Origin: Methanomicrobiales archaeon
Lineage (GTDB): Archaea > Halobacteriota > Syntropharchaeia > Alkanophagales > Methanospirareceae
DNA: 43,019 nucleotides
Assembly (NCBI GenBank): GCA_003160755.1
Contig: QEXZ01000001.1
Location: 1-43,019, forward strand
Direction: 5' to 3'
The notes below the pieces were generated by a model that saw only the letters and a list, made by a program, of their open reading frames with translations, was not told the origin of the DNA and searched no databases. Below, one piece after another: positions 33,906-42,991 of the stretch. A program made the position numbers and the translations under genes. How positions within the stretch are numbered: the stretch's first letter is position 1; every line of letters begins with the position of its first letter.

Positions 33906-34709
33906 ATGACACACGATGCTTTATTGAAGGTGTTTGACGAACTCGCTGCTTATTTGTCGGCGTACAACGTAATATCCGAAGGCGAACTCGTTTTGAAGAT
34001 ACACGAAAGTATAAAATCGCTGCTCACTGGTGCCGAAAGAGCCGATCTGGAGACGAAATTGAACGGAACTTTGGAAGACGTGATTTTCAAAAGCATAACA
34101 AGTACCGAAAAGGTCTCTGTTTTTTCTCCTGACATGCATACACGGATAAATTATCAAGGAGAGGTGTTTTACTGCGTGCCAACGCATAGATACATGAGTA
34201 ATGAGCTGGAGGCGGCTTTTTTACGCTGGGCAAGGATACGGAGCCCCCCGAGTGCGTTAAAGCATGTGGTGAAAGATTTTATGGAACGATGCGGCTATCA
34301 GGTAGAAAACATGGAGCCTAAAAAGGGGCATATCGAGATGATAGCGGTGAACAAGTACAAAAATCAAAACGGGCATAAAAGCATGCACATCTTCATTTTC
34401 CCCTCGATAACGTTTGTTCCTCAGTTTGTAGACGAAATGGAGAACACAGAAGCAGAGGATGAGCAGGAAAACGTAAACGTAATTGTTGTTCCAACAGAGA
34501 AGACGCCTGCTCCTTTTATCTCGTTCTTACGCGAGCATGACGCGGGTGCCGCAATGATATGGGTGGCGGATGTAGAGAAGAGAACAATAGACCCTTTTAT
34601 AGGGGATCCCGGAGATGACGACGCCATAGAGGCTAATTTTGCCAATCCAGAACAGGCGAGAAAAGCGGTAAGTGTATGGACGAGGAAAATGCACTTCGTT
34701 GAGTTATAA
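33906..34709 (+). CDS. Hypothetical protein
   Basis: 267-aa ORF with GGAGG RBS, divergent from the aminotransferase; no confidently recognised family. Confidence 0.8.
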   Translation: MTHDALLKVFDELAAYLSAYNVISEGELVLKIHESIKSLLTGAERADLETKLNGTLEDVIFKSITSTEKVSVFSPDMHTRINYQGEVFYCVPTHRYMSNELEAAFLRWARIRSPPSALKHVVKDFMERCGYQVENMEPKKGHIEMIAVNKYKNQNGHKSMHIFIFPSITFVPQFVDEMENTEAEDEQENVNVIVVPTEKTPAPFISFLREHDAGAAMIWVADVEKRTIDPFIGDPGDDDAIEANFANPEQARKAVSVWTRKMHFVEL

Positions 34710-34720
34710 TTTTGCGATTG

Positions 34721-34808
34721 TTTACCGCTGAGCACGCAGAGAGCACAGAGAATCAGGAAAAAAAATTGTCGTCTCAGCGCTCTCCGCGATCTCGGCGGTG
34801 AATAAATA
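34721..34808. repeat. Family-C hairpin element
   Basis: tttaccgctgagcacgcagagagcacagaga...tctcagcgctctccgcgatctcggcggtgaa. Confidence 0.8.
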
Positions 34809-34817
34809 CATGATTAT

Positions 34818-35558
34818 TCACTGTCCAAATCGTCTTTTGCGTAACTGAAAATCGCGTACAGCACGAAGCAGGTCTATCTTCCTGAATTTCCGCCAATTAA
34901 TGTCCGTGAAATAAAATTCGCTGTACACCGATTGCCAAATCAAGAAATCGGTTAAACGCGTTGTGCCCGACCTGATAACGAGATCGGGGTCTGACTTGAA
35001 TATCAACTCCGATTCTATCAATTTCTCGTCTATCTCTTCGGGCTCTATTTCACCTGCTTTTACCTTCTTTACAATCTCTTTTATCGCTTTTGTCAGCTCG
35101 CTTCTCCCGCCCAACCCGATAGAAATATTTATTTCCCTTTCTTTGTTCCGCATGTCGCTCTCGTTATCTGCACTTGCATCGGCACCCTCTACGGATTTTT
35201 TATACGCTGCTCCCGGTCCTGGTCCTAGCCCTGGGCCGTCCGTATATATTGCGATAGAAGCTTTTTCTTTACTCAGCATCCTTGTTATGCTCTCCGTGAG
35301 GTGCGAGTATGCTTTTTCTAACACGTTCTTGTCCACCCCATCGCGAATAACGCCGATGTAAACACTTATAATCTTTATCTTCAGGGCATAGCACCAATTT
35401 ATGAACTGCCTCAGTTGTTCCATTCCTATGGTATCGGAAAGAAGGTCAGATTCATCTAACACAAGGAGAACGTGATTCACCGGGATAGAGGAATTCAGGA
35501 TCCCTTTTTTTAATATCTTCTCATAGACGTACACGATGGGGCCTAACATAGATAGCAT
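34818..35558 (-). CDS. cis-prenyltransferase (UppS-family) homolog lacking the DGNRR motif
   Basis: GLGGRSEL, DPDLVIRSG, LTDFLIWQSVYSE, C-terminal RRFG. Confidence 0.88.
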   Translation of the reverse strand: MLSMLGPIVYVYEKILKKGILNSSIPVNHVLLVLDESDLLSDTIGMEQLRQFINWCYALKIKIISVYIGVIRDGVDKNVLEKAYSHLTESITRMLSKEKASIAIYTDGPGLGPGPGAAYKKSVEGADASADNESDMRNKEREINISIGLGGRSELTKAIKEIVKKVKAGEIEPEEIDEKLIESELIFKSDPDLVIRSGTTRLTDFLIWQSVYSEFYFTDINWRKFRKIDLLRAVRDFQLRKRRFGQ

Positions 35559-35565
35559 AGCATAG

Positions 35566-35651
35566 CGCCGGGAGAGGGATTCGAACCCTCGCTCCCCATA
35601 AGGGGAAGTAGGTTAGCAACCTACCGCCTTAGACCTCTTGGCTATCCCGAC
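35566..35651 (-). tRNA. tRNA-Ser(GCT)
   Basis: GTCGGGA/TCCCGGC acceptor, gtagg-ttGCTaa-cctac, long variable arm. Confidence 0.95.
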
Positions 35652-35683
35652 CGACCGTGTCAACATTATTTAATGTATGTAGA

Positions 35684-35830
35684 TAAACTATATTATAGTA
35701 TTTTTTATTTGAGACGCAGATTTACACTGATTTACGCAGATTTATTTTAGTTTAACCGTGTTTGTTGATTCTTTTCATCTGTGTTAATCTGCGTTAATCT
35801 GTGTCTTAATCTGTGTCTCTAATTTGTTTA
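35684..35830. mobile_element. Family-A hairpin element
   Basis: Near-identical to 7197-7330 with one extra aatctgtgtc unit. Confidence 0.85.
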
Positions 35831-36409
35831 TATCGCTTTCCACCGCTTTATTAGATCGTCCTCCTGCTTTCCAGCACCGAGTTCAATCCCGAAAACGTCA
35901 AGTGCGCGTGCCACGATAAAATCAACCATATCGAGCACGGTTTTTGGCTCGTGGTAAAATGCTGGCGATGCAGGCAGCATAATAGCGCCTGCTTTCTTTA
36001 CCGTAACCATATTCGTAAGATGAATAAGACTGAGTGGCGTTTCCCGTGGAATAATCACCAATCTTCGACTTTCCTTTAAGCATATTTCGGCTACTCTCGC
36101 GACCAGCGTGGTGGATATGCCCGATGCAATGGTGCCCAGCGTCTTCATACTGCAAGGCGCTATTATCGCTCCATCATACCGCACGGACCCGCTACTTAGC
36201 GCTGTTGTGAAGTCGGAATTGTCGTACACGTGAGAAGCAAGCGCATATACCTCATCGAGTTCGTATTCGGTTTCGATAGAGATTATTTTTTTTGCGGGCT
36301 CGGATACAATGAGATGAGTATCGGCAATGTTTCGCTCTTTTAGCACTTCTAACAGTCTTATTCCGTATATGACTCCACTTGCTCCTGTTATGCCCACTAC
36401 TATTTTCAT
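35828..36409 (-). CDS. ubiX: Flavin prenyltransferase UbiX
   Basis: VGITGASG, APCSMKTL, RETPL, PAFYHEP. Confidence 0.95.
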   Translation of the reverse strand: MKIVVGITGASGVIYGIRLLEVLKERNIADTHLIVSEPAKKIISIETEYELDEVYALASHVYDNSDFTTALSSGSVRYDGAIIAPCSMKTLGTIASGISTTLVARVAEICLKESRRLVIIPRETPLSLIHLTNMVTVKKAGAIMLPASPAFYHEPKTVLDMVDFIVARALDVFGIELGAGKQEDDLIKRWKAI

Positions 36410-37401
36410 TTCAGTTCTTTTCTAATAGGCTCCAAGACCTCATTTAAATATCGCACTGCATTTGTCTTTACGTCTAACGGGTGCAGCCGTCCACCTACAT
36501 AATCGCGTTTGAAGTCCTCATAACTCATATAATTTATATTGCCGCCGTATTTATCTTTCCTTTCTATCTCCACTGCACCGATATTTTCATCGGGAAATAA
36601 GGTGTGCTTGTAGATTTGCAGTATCGGATTGCTGTCTGCTACTTCAGGTGGGCAATATGCATCCATCAATTTCTTCTCCACGCTTTCCTCAGACTCATGC
36701 ACCGCTATGTAATTACCCAGCGATGAAGACATCTTCTCGCCATCTAACCCGATTAATAGCGGCGTATGGATACAGATAGGCGGTTTAAAACCCAGCTTCG
36801 GCAGGTTCTCGCGTGCAAGCATGTGTATTTTCCGCTGGTCTATACCACCTACAGCCACATTTATGTTAAGGAACGCGATATCTATGGCTTGCATCAACGG
36901 GTATATCGTCTGAGATACTTTACGGTCTTTCGTGCTCCTCGATAGCTCATCCATGCTCCTCCTCGCTCGTTTTTCCGTCGTCACCGTAGCGAGCTTTAAC
37001 ACGTTCATCATATATTCTTGCTCCATCTGAAAAGAGGAGCCAAAAATGAACTCGGTCTCGTCGCTTAACCCTGCTGCGGCAAAACACCTCTTGTTGTAGT
37101 CTGCGGTTTCCCTTATCTGCTCAAAGCTACCTTTTTCATTCAGATATGCGTGCATATCGGCGAGAAGCACGATTATGTGAAACCCAATACGTTGCAGTTC
37201 CCGAAGCTTGTTTAATATGGGCAAATGCCCGATGTGCACACTGCCACTCGGCTCATATCCTACATACGCTCTTAACTCCCTGCCTGATTCTGACTCGGAC
37301 TTTGACTTTGCCATTAATGCCAGAGCATCCACTAATTCTTCCCTCGTTATTATCTCCTCCACGTTTCGTTCTAAAATCTTTATCGCTTCGCTTTCTTCCA
37401 T
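36406..37401 (-). CDS. tyrS: Tyrosyl-tRNA synthetase
   Basis: YVGYEPSG.VHIGH, YPLMQAID, GGIDQRK, KMSSS. Confidence 0.97.
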   Translation of the reverse strand: MEESEAIKILERNVEEIITREELVDALALMAKSKSESESGRELRAYVGYEPSGSVHIGHLPILNKLRELQRIGFHIIVLLADMHAYLNEKGSFEQIRETADYNKRCFAAAGLSDETEFIFGSSFQMEQEYMMNVLKLATVTTEKRARRSMDELSRSTKDRKVSQTIYPLMQAIDIAFLNINVAVGGIDQRKIHMLARENLPKLGFKPPICIHTPLLIGLDGEKMSSSLGNYIAVHESEESVEKKLMDAYCPPEVADSNPILQIYKHTLFPDENIGAVEIERKDKYGGNINYMSYEDFKRDYVGGRLHPLDVKTNAVRYLNEVLEPIRKELK

Positions 37402-37623
37402 TTTAGCGGTTCATTTTTGATTTTGCATAGATATTACCGGTAAAAGAGCGATAATACCCTTTTCCCTTTTCCCTTTGCCTACCTTCACTTAATTATAGGG
37501 GATTCTACTTATAAAATTTTCCATTTCCATTTGAGGAGATAGAGAGAGGAGAGAATAAAAAGTTTTTAAATGCTAAGATAAATTTATATTCTGATAACAT
37601 CTATGGAAAAAGGAGTTAAAAAT

Positions 37624-37689
37624 ATGCCCCAAAAAGCTTTATTCAACGCCGACATAACCGGACAGGACAAGAGGGTTGTGGAATTTTGA
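37624..37689 (+). pseudogene. 5' remnant of a GDP-mannose 4,6-dehydratase-like gene
   Basis: AGGAG RBS then MPQKALFNADITGQDKRVVEF*, resembling the Gmd N-terminus KALITGITGQDG. Confidence 0.5.
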
Positions 37690-37705
37690 ATGCGAAGGCA
37701 ATATT

Positions 37706-37750
37706 ATGACAATGAAAGCATTAGTAACCGGCTGTGCAGGCTTCATATAA
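37706..37750 (+). pseudogene. 5' remnant of an NAD-dependent nucleotide-sugar epimerase gene
   Basis: MTMKALVTGCAGFI* is an extended-SDR TGxxGFIG motif cut off next to a family-B repeat. Confidence 0.65.
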
Positions 37751-37751
37751 A

Positions 37752-37845
37752 AGTTTTAAGAAAAGTTTGAAAGAAAGGTTTGTGCTAAAAGAAAAACCTT
37801 TGGAAATGTTTTTAGTCAAGGTTTTTTGCGAAGCAAAAAAGTTGT
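37752..37845. repeat. Family-B AT-rich dispersed repeat
   Basis: tgtgctaaaagaaaaacctttggaaatgtttttagtcaag. Confidence 0.8.
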
Positions 37846-38130
37846 TTAGTGCTTCTTCCTGTAAATCTCATCGTGATGCCCCATATCAAGAAATCTAACG
37901 TTTTTCTCCGCTTCATCTATTTCAAATACCAAAACAAATGACTTCTCTATATGAACACGCCTCGAACCTTTTAAATCATGCCTCAACGGCTTGTAACGAT
38001 GAGGATTCCCCATTATCTCTTCTATCTTTTTTATCACAGCATCATAAAGCTTCTTATCCTTCTTATACGTTCTCTTTAACTTTGCTTTCAACTTCTTTTC
38101 GATGCTGTAGCTGTATCCATACACTTTCAA
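37846..38130 (-). CDS. RelE/YafQ-family toxin
   Basis: NPHRYKPLRHDLKGSRRVHIEKSFVLVFEI...HHDEIY. Confidence 0.9.
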   Translation of the reverse strand: MKVYGYSYSIEKKLKAKLKRTYKKDKKLYDAVIKKIEEIMGNPHRYKPLRHDLKGSRRVHIEKSFVLVFEIDEAEKNVRFLDMGHHDEIYRKKH

Positions 38131-38378
38131 TCTTCCTCTATCAATCTCCGTAAATCCTTAATACCCGAGAATGTTTCAAAATCCCCTTCTTTTCGTATTT
38201 TCTCTAACTTCTTCAAATAATCCTCTTTAACCTCGTAAAACACGTCCGTATATATCTCAACCAGTGTTTCAAGCATTCCTTCTATCCCTTCCACTTTTCC
38301 CTTAAGAACCTCCACATCTTCTAATATCGCTCTTACCATACTCTTCTCTTCTACTTCCATTTCCATTTCAAACACCAT
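38127..38378 (-). CDS. Putative cognate antitoxin
   Basis: Acidic 83-aa ORF with EVKEDYLKKLEKIRKEG; 4-bp overlap with the toxin. Confidence 0.8.
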   Translation of the reverse strand: MVFEMEMEVEEKSMVRAILEDVEVLKGKVEGIEGMLETLVEIYTDVFYEVKEDYLKKLEKIRKEGDFETFSGIKDLRRLIEED

Positions 38379-38563
38379 TTATTATTTTTTCTTGCTTTTA
38401 TATAAATCAACTTTCTCGTATGGTAACCATACTTTTTCCGCAACACCGCAGCTTTTGTGTCTACAATGAGCCATATTTTTGTCTGTCATTCTTTCTTTTT
38501 TTCGCCTTTCACACCCTACACCACATAAGTGTGACGTTACATATAAAACTACAGGTAAAATTA

Positions 38564-38646
38564 TGCGGAGGGGGAGATTCGAACTCCCGAACCCCTGCGG
38601 GATGAGGCCCTGAACCTCACGCCTTTGTCCACTCGGCGACCTCCGC
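38564..38646 (-). tRNA. tRNA-Leu(CAG)
   Basis: GCGGAGG/CCTCCGC acceptor, tgagg-ttCAGgg-cctca, variable arm. Confidence 0.95.
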
Positions 38647-38648
38647 AT

Positions 38649-38717
38649 GCACTTTTTCTTTTTAATAAAAAGAAAACCTGCACTAAAAGAAAAAATTATT
38701 TCTTTGGTAAAGCTTCT
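38649..38717. repeat. Family-B repeat in the tRNA-Leu 5' leader
   Basis: cactttttctttttaataaaaagaaaacctgcactaaaagaaaaa...tttggtaaagctt. Confidence 0.8.
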
Positions 38718-38755
38718 TATATGATTTAAGGTTAAATAATGAATAACTACAGAAA

Positions 38756-38826
38756 GCGTCGATGGTCTAGAGGTATGACTTGGGCCTTCCAAGCCCACTG
38801 CCCGGGTTCAAATCCCGGTCGACGCA
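38756..38826 (+). tRNA. tRNA-Gly(TCC)
   Basis: GCGTCGA/TCGACGC acceptor, tgggc-ctTCCaa-gccca. Confidence 0.95.
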
Positions 38827-38891
38827 TAAACCTTTTTGCAAGCAAAAAGCTTTACCAAAAAGATCTTAGGAAATCTGTGTAATCTTGTGGT

Positions 38892-39602
38892 TTAAAATCC
38901 AAGCGCATCTTCTATTCTTCCTAACTCCGCGCCGGTTGTATCACTTCCGGCTGCGTATCCTTTCGTGTTAGCGAGCAGCGCAGCACCAATCAGAGGAACG
39001 CCGAAATTAACACTGCCTATCTCCGCGGGCAGCTCGAAAATGTCTTCCAGGGATTCTAATTCCTCCTTAGTGGCATTTCTATGCGCTAAGATGCCTTTAT
39101 TTGTCGCCACTGCTGCCATCCCCACGGTGTTCAATCCACCTATCGTACCCTTATAAACCTTTACGTCAAGTGTTTGCTCTATCAACTCCACGGTCTTCGC
39201 CGATAGTCGCGGGTGAGCCAGCGCAACCGTATCGTTCGCTAATATGACGTTCCCCACTGCGTTTAGCCTATCGCGTTCAGGCAGCCGGGTAATTTTCTCC
39301 CCCGAGCCTTCTGAGCCTACTAAATCCTCTATTTGCTGTAACTCGCTATCCAGTGTGTACGGGGAGAAGATAAACCCATTTGAGTTCCCCACGGCTAAAC
39401 AGCCAATTAAAGACGTTTCCGCTACCGACGTTTTTAGTGCTTTTACCTTCAATGCACGCCCTATTTCCATCGCTAAAATATCTGATATATGCGAGGGCAA
39501 AAGAAGCACCGATTCGGTAGAAATTGCAAAAACACCTACATACGCGCTGCCATCAATACTGAATGTTCTCTTTGTCTCTTTACCGCTCCTTCTTATCGTC
39601 AC
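38892..39602 (-). CDS. eif6: Translation initiation factor aIF-6
   Basis: GNSNG, GNVILAND, GSVNFG, TTGAELGRIEDALG. Confidence 0.96.
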   Translation of the reverse strand: MTIRRSGKETKRTFSIDGSAYVGVFAISTESVLLLPSHISDILAMEIGRALKVKALKTSVAETSLIGCLAVGNSNGFIFSPYTLDSELQQIEDLVGSEGSGEKITRLPERDRLNAVGNVILANDTVALAHPRLSAKTVELIEQTLDVKVYKGTIGGLNTVGMAAVATNKGILAHRNATKEELESLEDIFELPAEIGSVNFGVPLIGAALLANTKGYAAGSDTTGAELGRIEDALGF

Positions 39603-39630
39603 TTTATTTCTTTTATTGTATTTAAAAAAT

Positions 39631-39900
39631 TTATTCTACCAGCTCAGCCCTGATTACATCCTCTTCTTCCGTTACCTTCACTCTTATTCTAGAAGGGGGG
39701 TTCTGTGAGCCTCGCTCCCACACCTTCTCGTTTATCGCGGAATCTAAAACGACATCCTGGAATTTTGTATGCTGTACTAAATATTCTGTTATTATCGCTA
39801 TTGCGCGGTTACTCCTTTTCCATCTCGGCGCCTTTTTCACATTTCTCAATGGGATGGTATAAATCCGCTCGCCTCCACCTGCTCCTGTCTCTTCTCCCAT
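39631..39900 (-). CDS. rpl31e: 50S ribosomal protein L31e
   Basis: ERIYTIPLR, INEKVWERG..NPPSRIRV. Confidence 0.96.
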   Translation of the reverse strand: MGEETGAGGGERIYTIPLRNVKKAPRWKRSNRAIAIITEYLVQHTKFQDVVLDSAINEKVWERGSQNPPSRIRVKVTEEEDVIRAELVE

Positions 39901-39928
39901 GTAGCTTTTCTCCCTCTTTCCCCTTACT

Positions 39929-40081
39929 TCACGCTTTCAGCTTTGTCCGCCGCCAATGCCTTCTTTTTGGATGTGTAGTCACCCTGCGGCTCGTTTTTAC
40001 CATTATCCATGCGGGAACTCTTCGGTTTTGCTTATTCGCTTTGCATAGCCGTAGTTTCCTGCCTTTTGTTTTCTTTCCCAT
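39929..40081 (-). CDS. rpl39e: 50S ribosomal protein L39e (absent from the ORF track)
   Basis: Manual translation: [50 protein letters not shown]. Confidence 0.96.
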   Translation of the reverse strand: MGKKTKGRKLRLCKANKQNRRVPAWIMVKTSRRVTTHPKRRHWRRTKLKA

Positions 40082-40227
40082 TGCCATTACCATTACTTGC
40101 TATTATCACTGTCACTGTCAATACATATTAAATTATAACTATATATTATATCAGAGTAACTGGTTTTTTTTTCTATTTAAATAGCTCTCAGATTAGAGAC
40201 TTAAATACTTGTGGTTATGAACGGAAA

Positions 40228-40587
40228 ATGAAATTAGGAGTATCAACGGATTTTAGCGCGGCGCATTCGCTGCCAAGACATCCCGGAAAATGCAAGAATC
40301 TGCATGGGCATACGTATAAAGTAGATGTGGTAGTGGAAGGCGATAAGAAGGAGGATACTGAGTGCGTGGCCGATTTCTCGGAAGTGAAAGCCGTGGTAGA
40401 AGAAGTGATTGAACTCGTAGACCATAAGTTCTTAAATGAGATAATATCATATCCAACGAGCGAGAATATAGCGTTGTTCCTGAAGGAGCAGTTGGAGAAG
40501 AAGTTGAACAATTCAAACCTGGGGGTGTCGCTGTATTCGCTGAGAATATGGGAAGGGAAGGACAAATGGGTGATGGTGGAATCGTAA
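40228..40587 (+). CDS. queD: 6-carboxy-5,6,7,8-tetrahydropterin synthase (PTPS family)
   Basis: FSAAH, CKNLHGHTY, DHKFLN, PTSEN. Confidence 0.92.
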   Translation: MKLGVSTDFSAAHSLPRHPGKCKNLHGHTYKVDVVVEGDKKEDTECVADFSEVKAVVEEVIELVDHKFLNEIISYPTSENIALFLKEQLEKKLNNSNLGVSLYSLRIWEGKDKWVMVES

Positions 40588-40650
40588 TCTGACATATTTA
40601 TTGAGTTTATTCTTTTTTGATTACTGATAACAAAAGTAATAATTAATATT

Positions 40651-41775
40651 ATGACGGAATGGCATGCTGAACCTGCACATCTGTGCCTTTATCCCTTTCT
40701 ATCGGCAGCGTCGAAACGTGTAGAAGAGTCAGAGGTAACGCTGGAGAATTTGATAAGCTCTGCGGTTTTTGAACGTGCGAGGCTGCGAGGCAAGAGCAGG
40801 ATAACGGAAGCGATAAAAGAGGGGACAATCAGGAAACCCGTTATAATCAGCGACGCTCAAGCGGAGATGGAATTGTTATCCTATCCATTTGCTCGTATTC
40901 TCGTGTCGTGCATAGGAGATGAGCGTCTTGTCCGCAGATATGCGCTGTCGGAAGCTAAAGCGGCACACGGAAAACTATTAGAAGAGTCTGATTCCCGCCG
41001 GGGGGGTTCCCGTGCCAGTGCCAGTGCGAGCGCCAATATTATTTACAGGATGTCTGAAGAGTTCGGCATACGAATGGACTTCTTAGCGGGTGAGCACCAG
41101 CAGGTTCAGGTGCCCTTTGTTGATTATCTCCGACTCACTACCAATCTTCGCGACAAAAGATGGAAACTGGTGAACCGTGGGTTGGGAAAAGGGAAGCTAA
41201 AACTACGAAAAGCCGAATTTGTCCGTATTGTCCAGGAAGCGATATATGAACGGATAAAGAAAGACCTGCCGCTGGATGTGCCTGAGGATATATGCAAAGC
41301 GATAAGCAGATACACGGAGGATATTAAGCACGAGCTGGAAGAAATGCGAAAAAAGTTAGGTGCGGCTGGTTATGGTTTTGAGTCGGATTCGGGAGCGATC
41401 GTGAAAGACCCAAGCTGTTTCCCGCCCTGCATATCGTATGTCCTGAGCAACTTAAAAGAAGGCGTAAATGTGCCGCATGGCGCAAGATTCGCGGTTACTG
41501 CCTTTTTGTTGAATATTGGTTTAAGTGAAGAGGAGATAATAGGGATTTACAGGCATTCGCCTGATTTTGACGAGGAGAGAACGCGGTACCAAGTAGAGCA
41601 TATTGCAGGAGATAAGAGCGGCATTCCGTATACTGCGCCCTCGTGTGATACAATGCGCACTTATGGGAACTGTGTTGAAACAGACGAAATTTGTGAGAAA
41701 GTTTCTCATCCTCTAAACTACTATAAATTTAAACTTAAACTGAAGCAGAAGCAGGAGCAGGAGCAGAAAAAATAA
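40651..41775 (+). CDS. priL: DNA primase large subunit
   Basis: ELLSYPFAR, FPPCI, H.ARF, PDFDE..TRYQVEHI, PSC.TM...C...C...HPL.YY. Confidence 0.95.
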   Translation: MTEWHAEPAHLCLYPFLSAASKRVEESEVTLENLISSAVFERARLRGKSRITEAIKEGTIRKPVIISDAQAEMELLSYPFARILVSCIGDERLVRRYALSEAKAAHGKLLEESDSRRGGSRASASASANIIYRMSEEFGIRMDFLAGEHQQVQVPFVDYLRLTTNLRDKRWKLVNRGLGKGKLKLRKAEFVRIVQEAIYERIKKDLPLDVPEDICKAISRYTEDIKHELEEMRKKLGAAGYGFESDSGAIVKDPSCFPPCISYVLSNLKEGVNVPHGARFAVTAFLLNIGLSEEEIIGIYRHSPDFDEERTRYQVEHIAGDKSGIPYTAPSCDTMRTYGNCVETDEICEKVSHPLNYYKFKLKLKQKQEQEQKK

Positions 41776-41899
41776 GTTATAGACACAGATTAACGCAGAT
41801 TAACACAGATGATAAGAATCAACACAGTTAAACTAAAATAAATCTGCGTAAATCAGTGTAAATCCGTACGTATCTTAAATAGAAAGAAGTTATACGTTA
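41768..41899. mobile_element. Family-A hairpin element (inverted)
   Basis: gacacagattaacgcagattaacacagatg...aaatctgcgtaaatcagtgtaaatc...cttaaatagaaagaagttatacgtta. Confidence 0.85.
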
Positions 41900-41908
41900 T
41901 CTAATCTA

Positions 41909-42991
41909 ATGAAAAGAGCAATAGCAAGAGCGATATTTGACGACGTTGGCAGTTACCCGCTACCCGAAGGAAAGACAAAAGAATGGGTAACGGAAACGTT
42001 CGCTAAACTCGCAGTTGAACCTGAACGCGAAATCGAATTCGAGCCCGAACTCGATTCCTACAAAAATCGGCTCTACGAAATAATACGAGATGCAATGTGG
42101 CAGAAACTAAATGCGGGTGTGGACGTTCCGAACTACCCTCAATTTCAGAATATGATTGCTCAATTTATCGTGCCTATCATGGACGATGACAGAACAGAAG
42201 CGCCACTGCTTATAAAAGAAGAAGAAGCGAAGATAGTCGAGATGGATGCCTTAGAGCAGATGGCGATAGCGTACAGGGAAAAGCGAGGAGAAAAACTGAA
42301 GCTCCGAATATGCGTTACCGGTCCGATAGAGCTGTATTATAACCAATTTCCGCCTCCCGTATATATTGACGTGCTGTCAAACCTTGCGAAATCCGTAGGT
42401 AGGTTCGTGAAGCATACGATAGAAGGAGCGAGGAATTATGAAGTGCAATGCGCGACAATAGACGAGCCGAGCATAGGGTTAGACCCTCGAATAGAAGAGG
42501 AGGGCATAATTATCGCACTTGAACTCGCTTCTGAATATGCGTTCCGAAAAGGCGTGGATACGCAAATACACCTTCATTCGCCTATTTTTTACGAGACGGT
42601 ATGCGAAGTGAAGGGGATAAATGTGATAGGACTGGAATCCGCAGCTAATCCGTCCCTTTTATCGCTGATAGACAAGAAACAGCTCGAAGAACACGATAAG
42701 TTCCTCCGTATCGGTGTCTCAAGAACGGACATACTCAGCATGGCTGCAGAATACGATGAAACACACCATACAAATGCATTTAAGGATAAGGGCGTTTTGG
42801 AGCGCGTAGTTAATGAATATAACCGTCCAGAGAAAGTAAAGAAGCGGCTGGAGCAGGCATATTCCGTTTTTGGCGATAGGATAAGGTATGTGGGACCGGA
42901 TTGTGGATTGGGGCCGTTTCCCAGTCAAGAGCTGGCGTATTTGGTTTTGAAAAATACATCTGAGGGGATAACTGATTTTGTATTTGTATAA
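41909..42991 (+). CDS. Core (single-barrel, MetE C-terminal-like) methionine synthase
   Basis: DDVGSYP, VTGP, IDEPS, HLH, GPDCGL; 360 aa without the N-terminal MetE barrel. Confidence 0.8.
   Translation: MKRAIARAIFDDVGSYPLPEGKTKEWVTETFAKLAVEPEREIEFEPELDSYKNRLYEIIRDAMWQKLNAGVDVPNYPQFQNMIAQFIVPIMDDDRTEAPLLIKEEEAKIVEMDALEQMAIAYREKRGEKLKLRICVTGPIELYYNQFPPPVYIDVLSNLAKSVGRFVKHTIEGARNYEVQCATIDEPSIGLDPRIEEEGIIIALELASEYAFRKGVDTQIHLHSPIFYETVCEVKGINVIGLESAANPSLLSLIDKKQLEEHDKFLRIGVSRTDILSMAAEYDETHHTNAFKDKGVLERVVNEYNRPEKVKKRLEQAYSVFGDRIRYVGPDCGLGPFPSQELAYLVLKNTSEGITDFVFV

Noticed and set aside
37400..38564. Integrated element with an att duplication of the tRNA-Leu 3' end
   Set aside because: No second copy of the tRNA 3' end and no integrase found by eye.
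38382..38798. ORFs spanning tRNAs (38382-38798, 12872-13063, 30913-31569)
   Set aside because: They overlap clear tRNA genes and repeats; only the last 35 codons of the first are kept as a possible stub.
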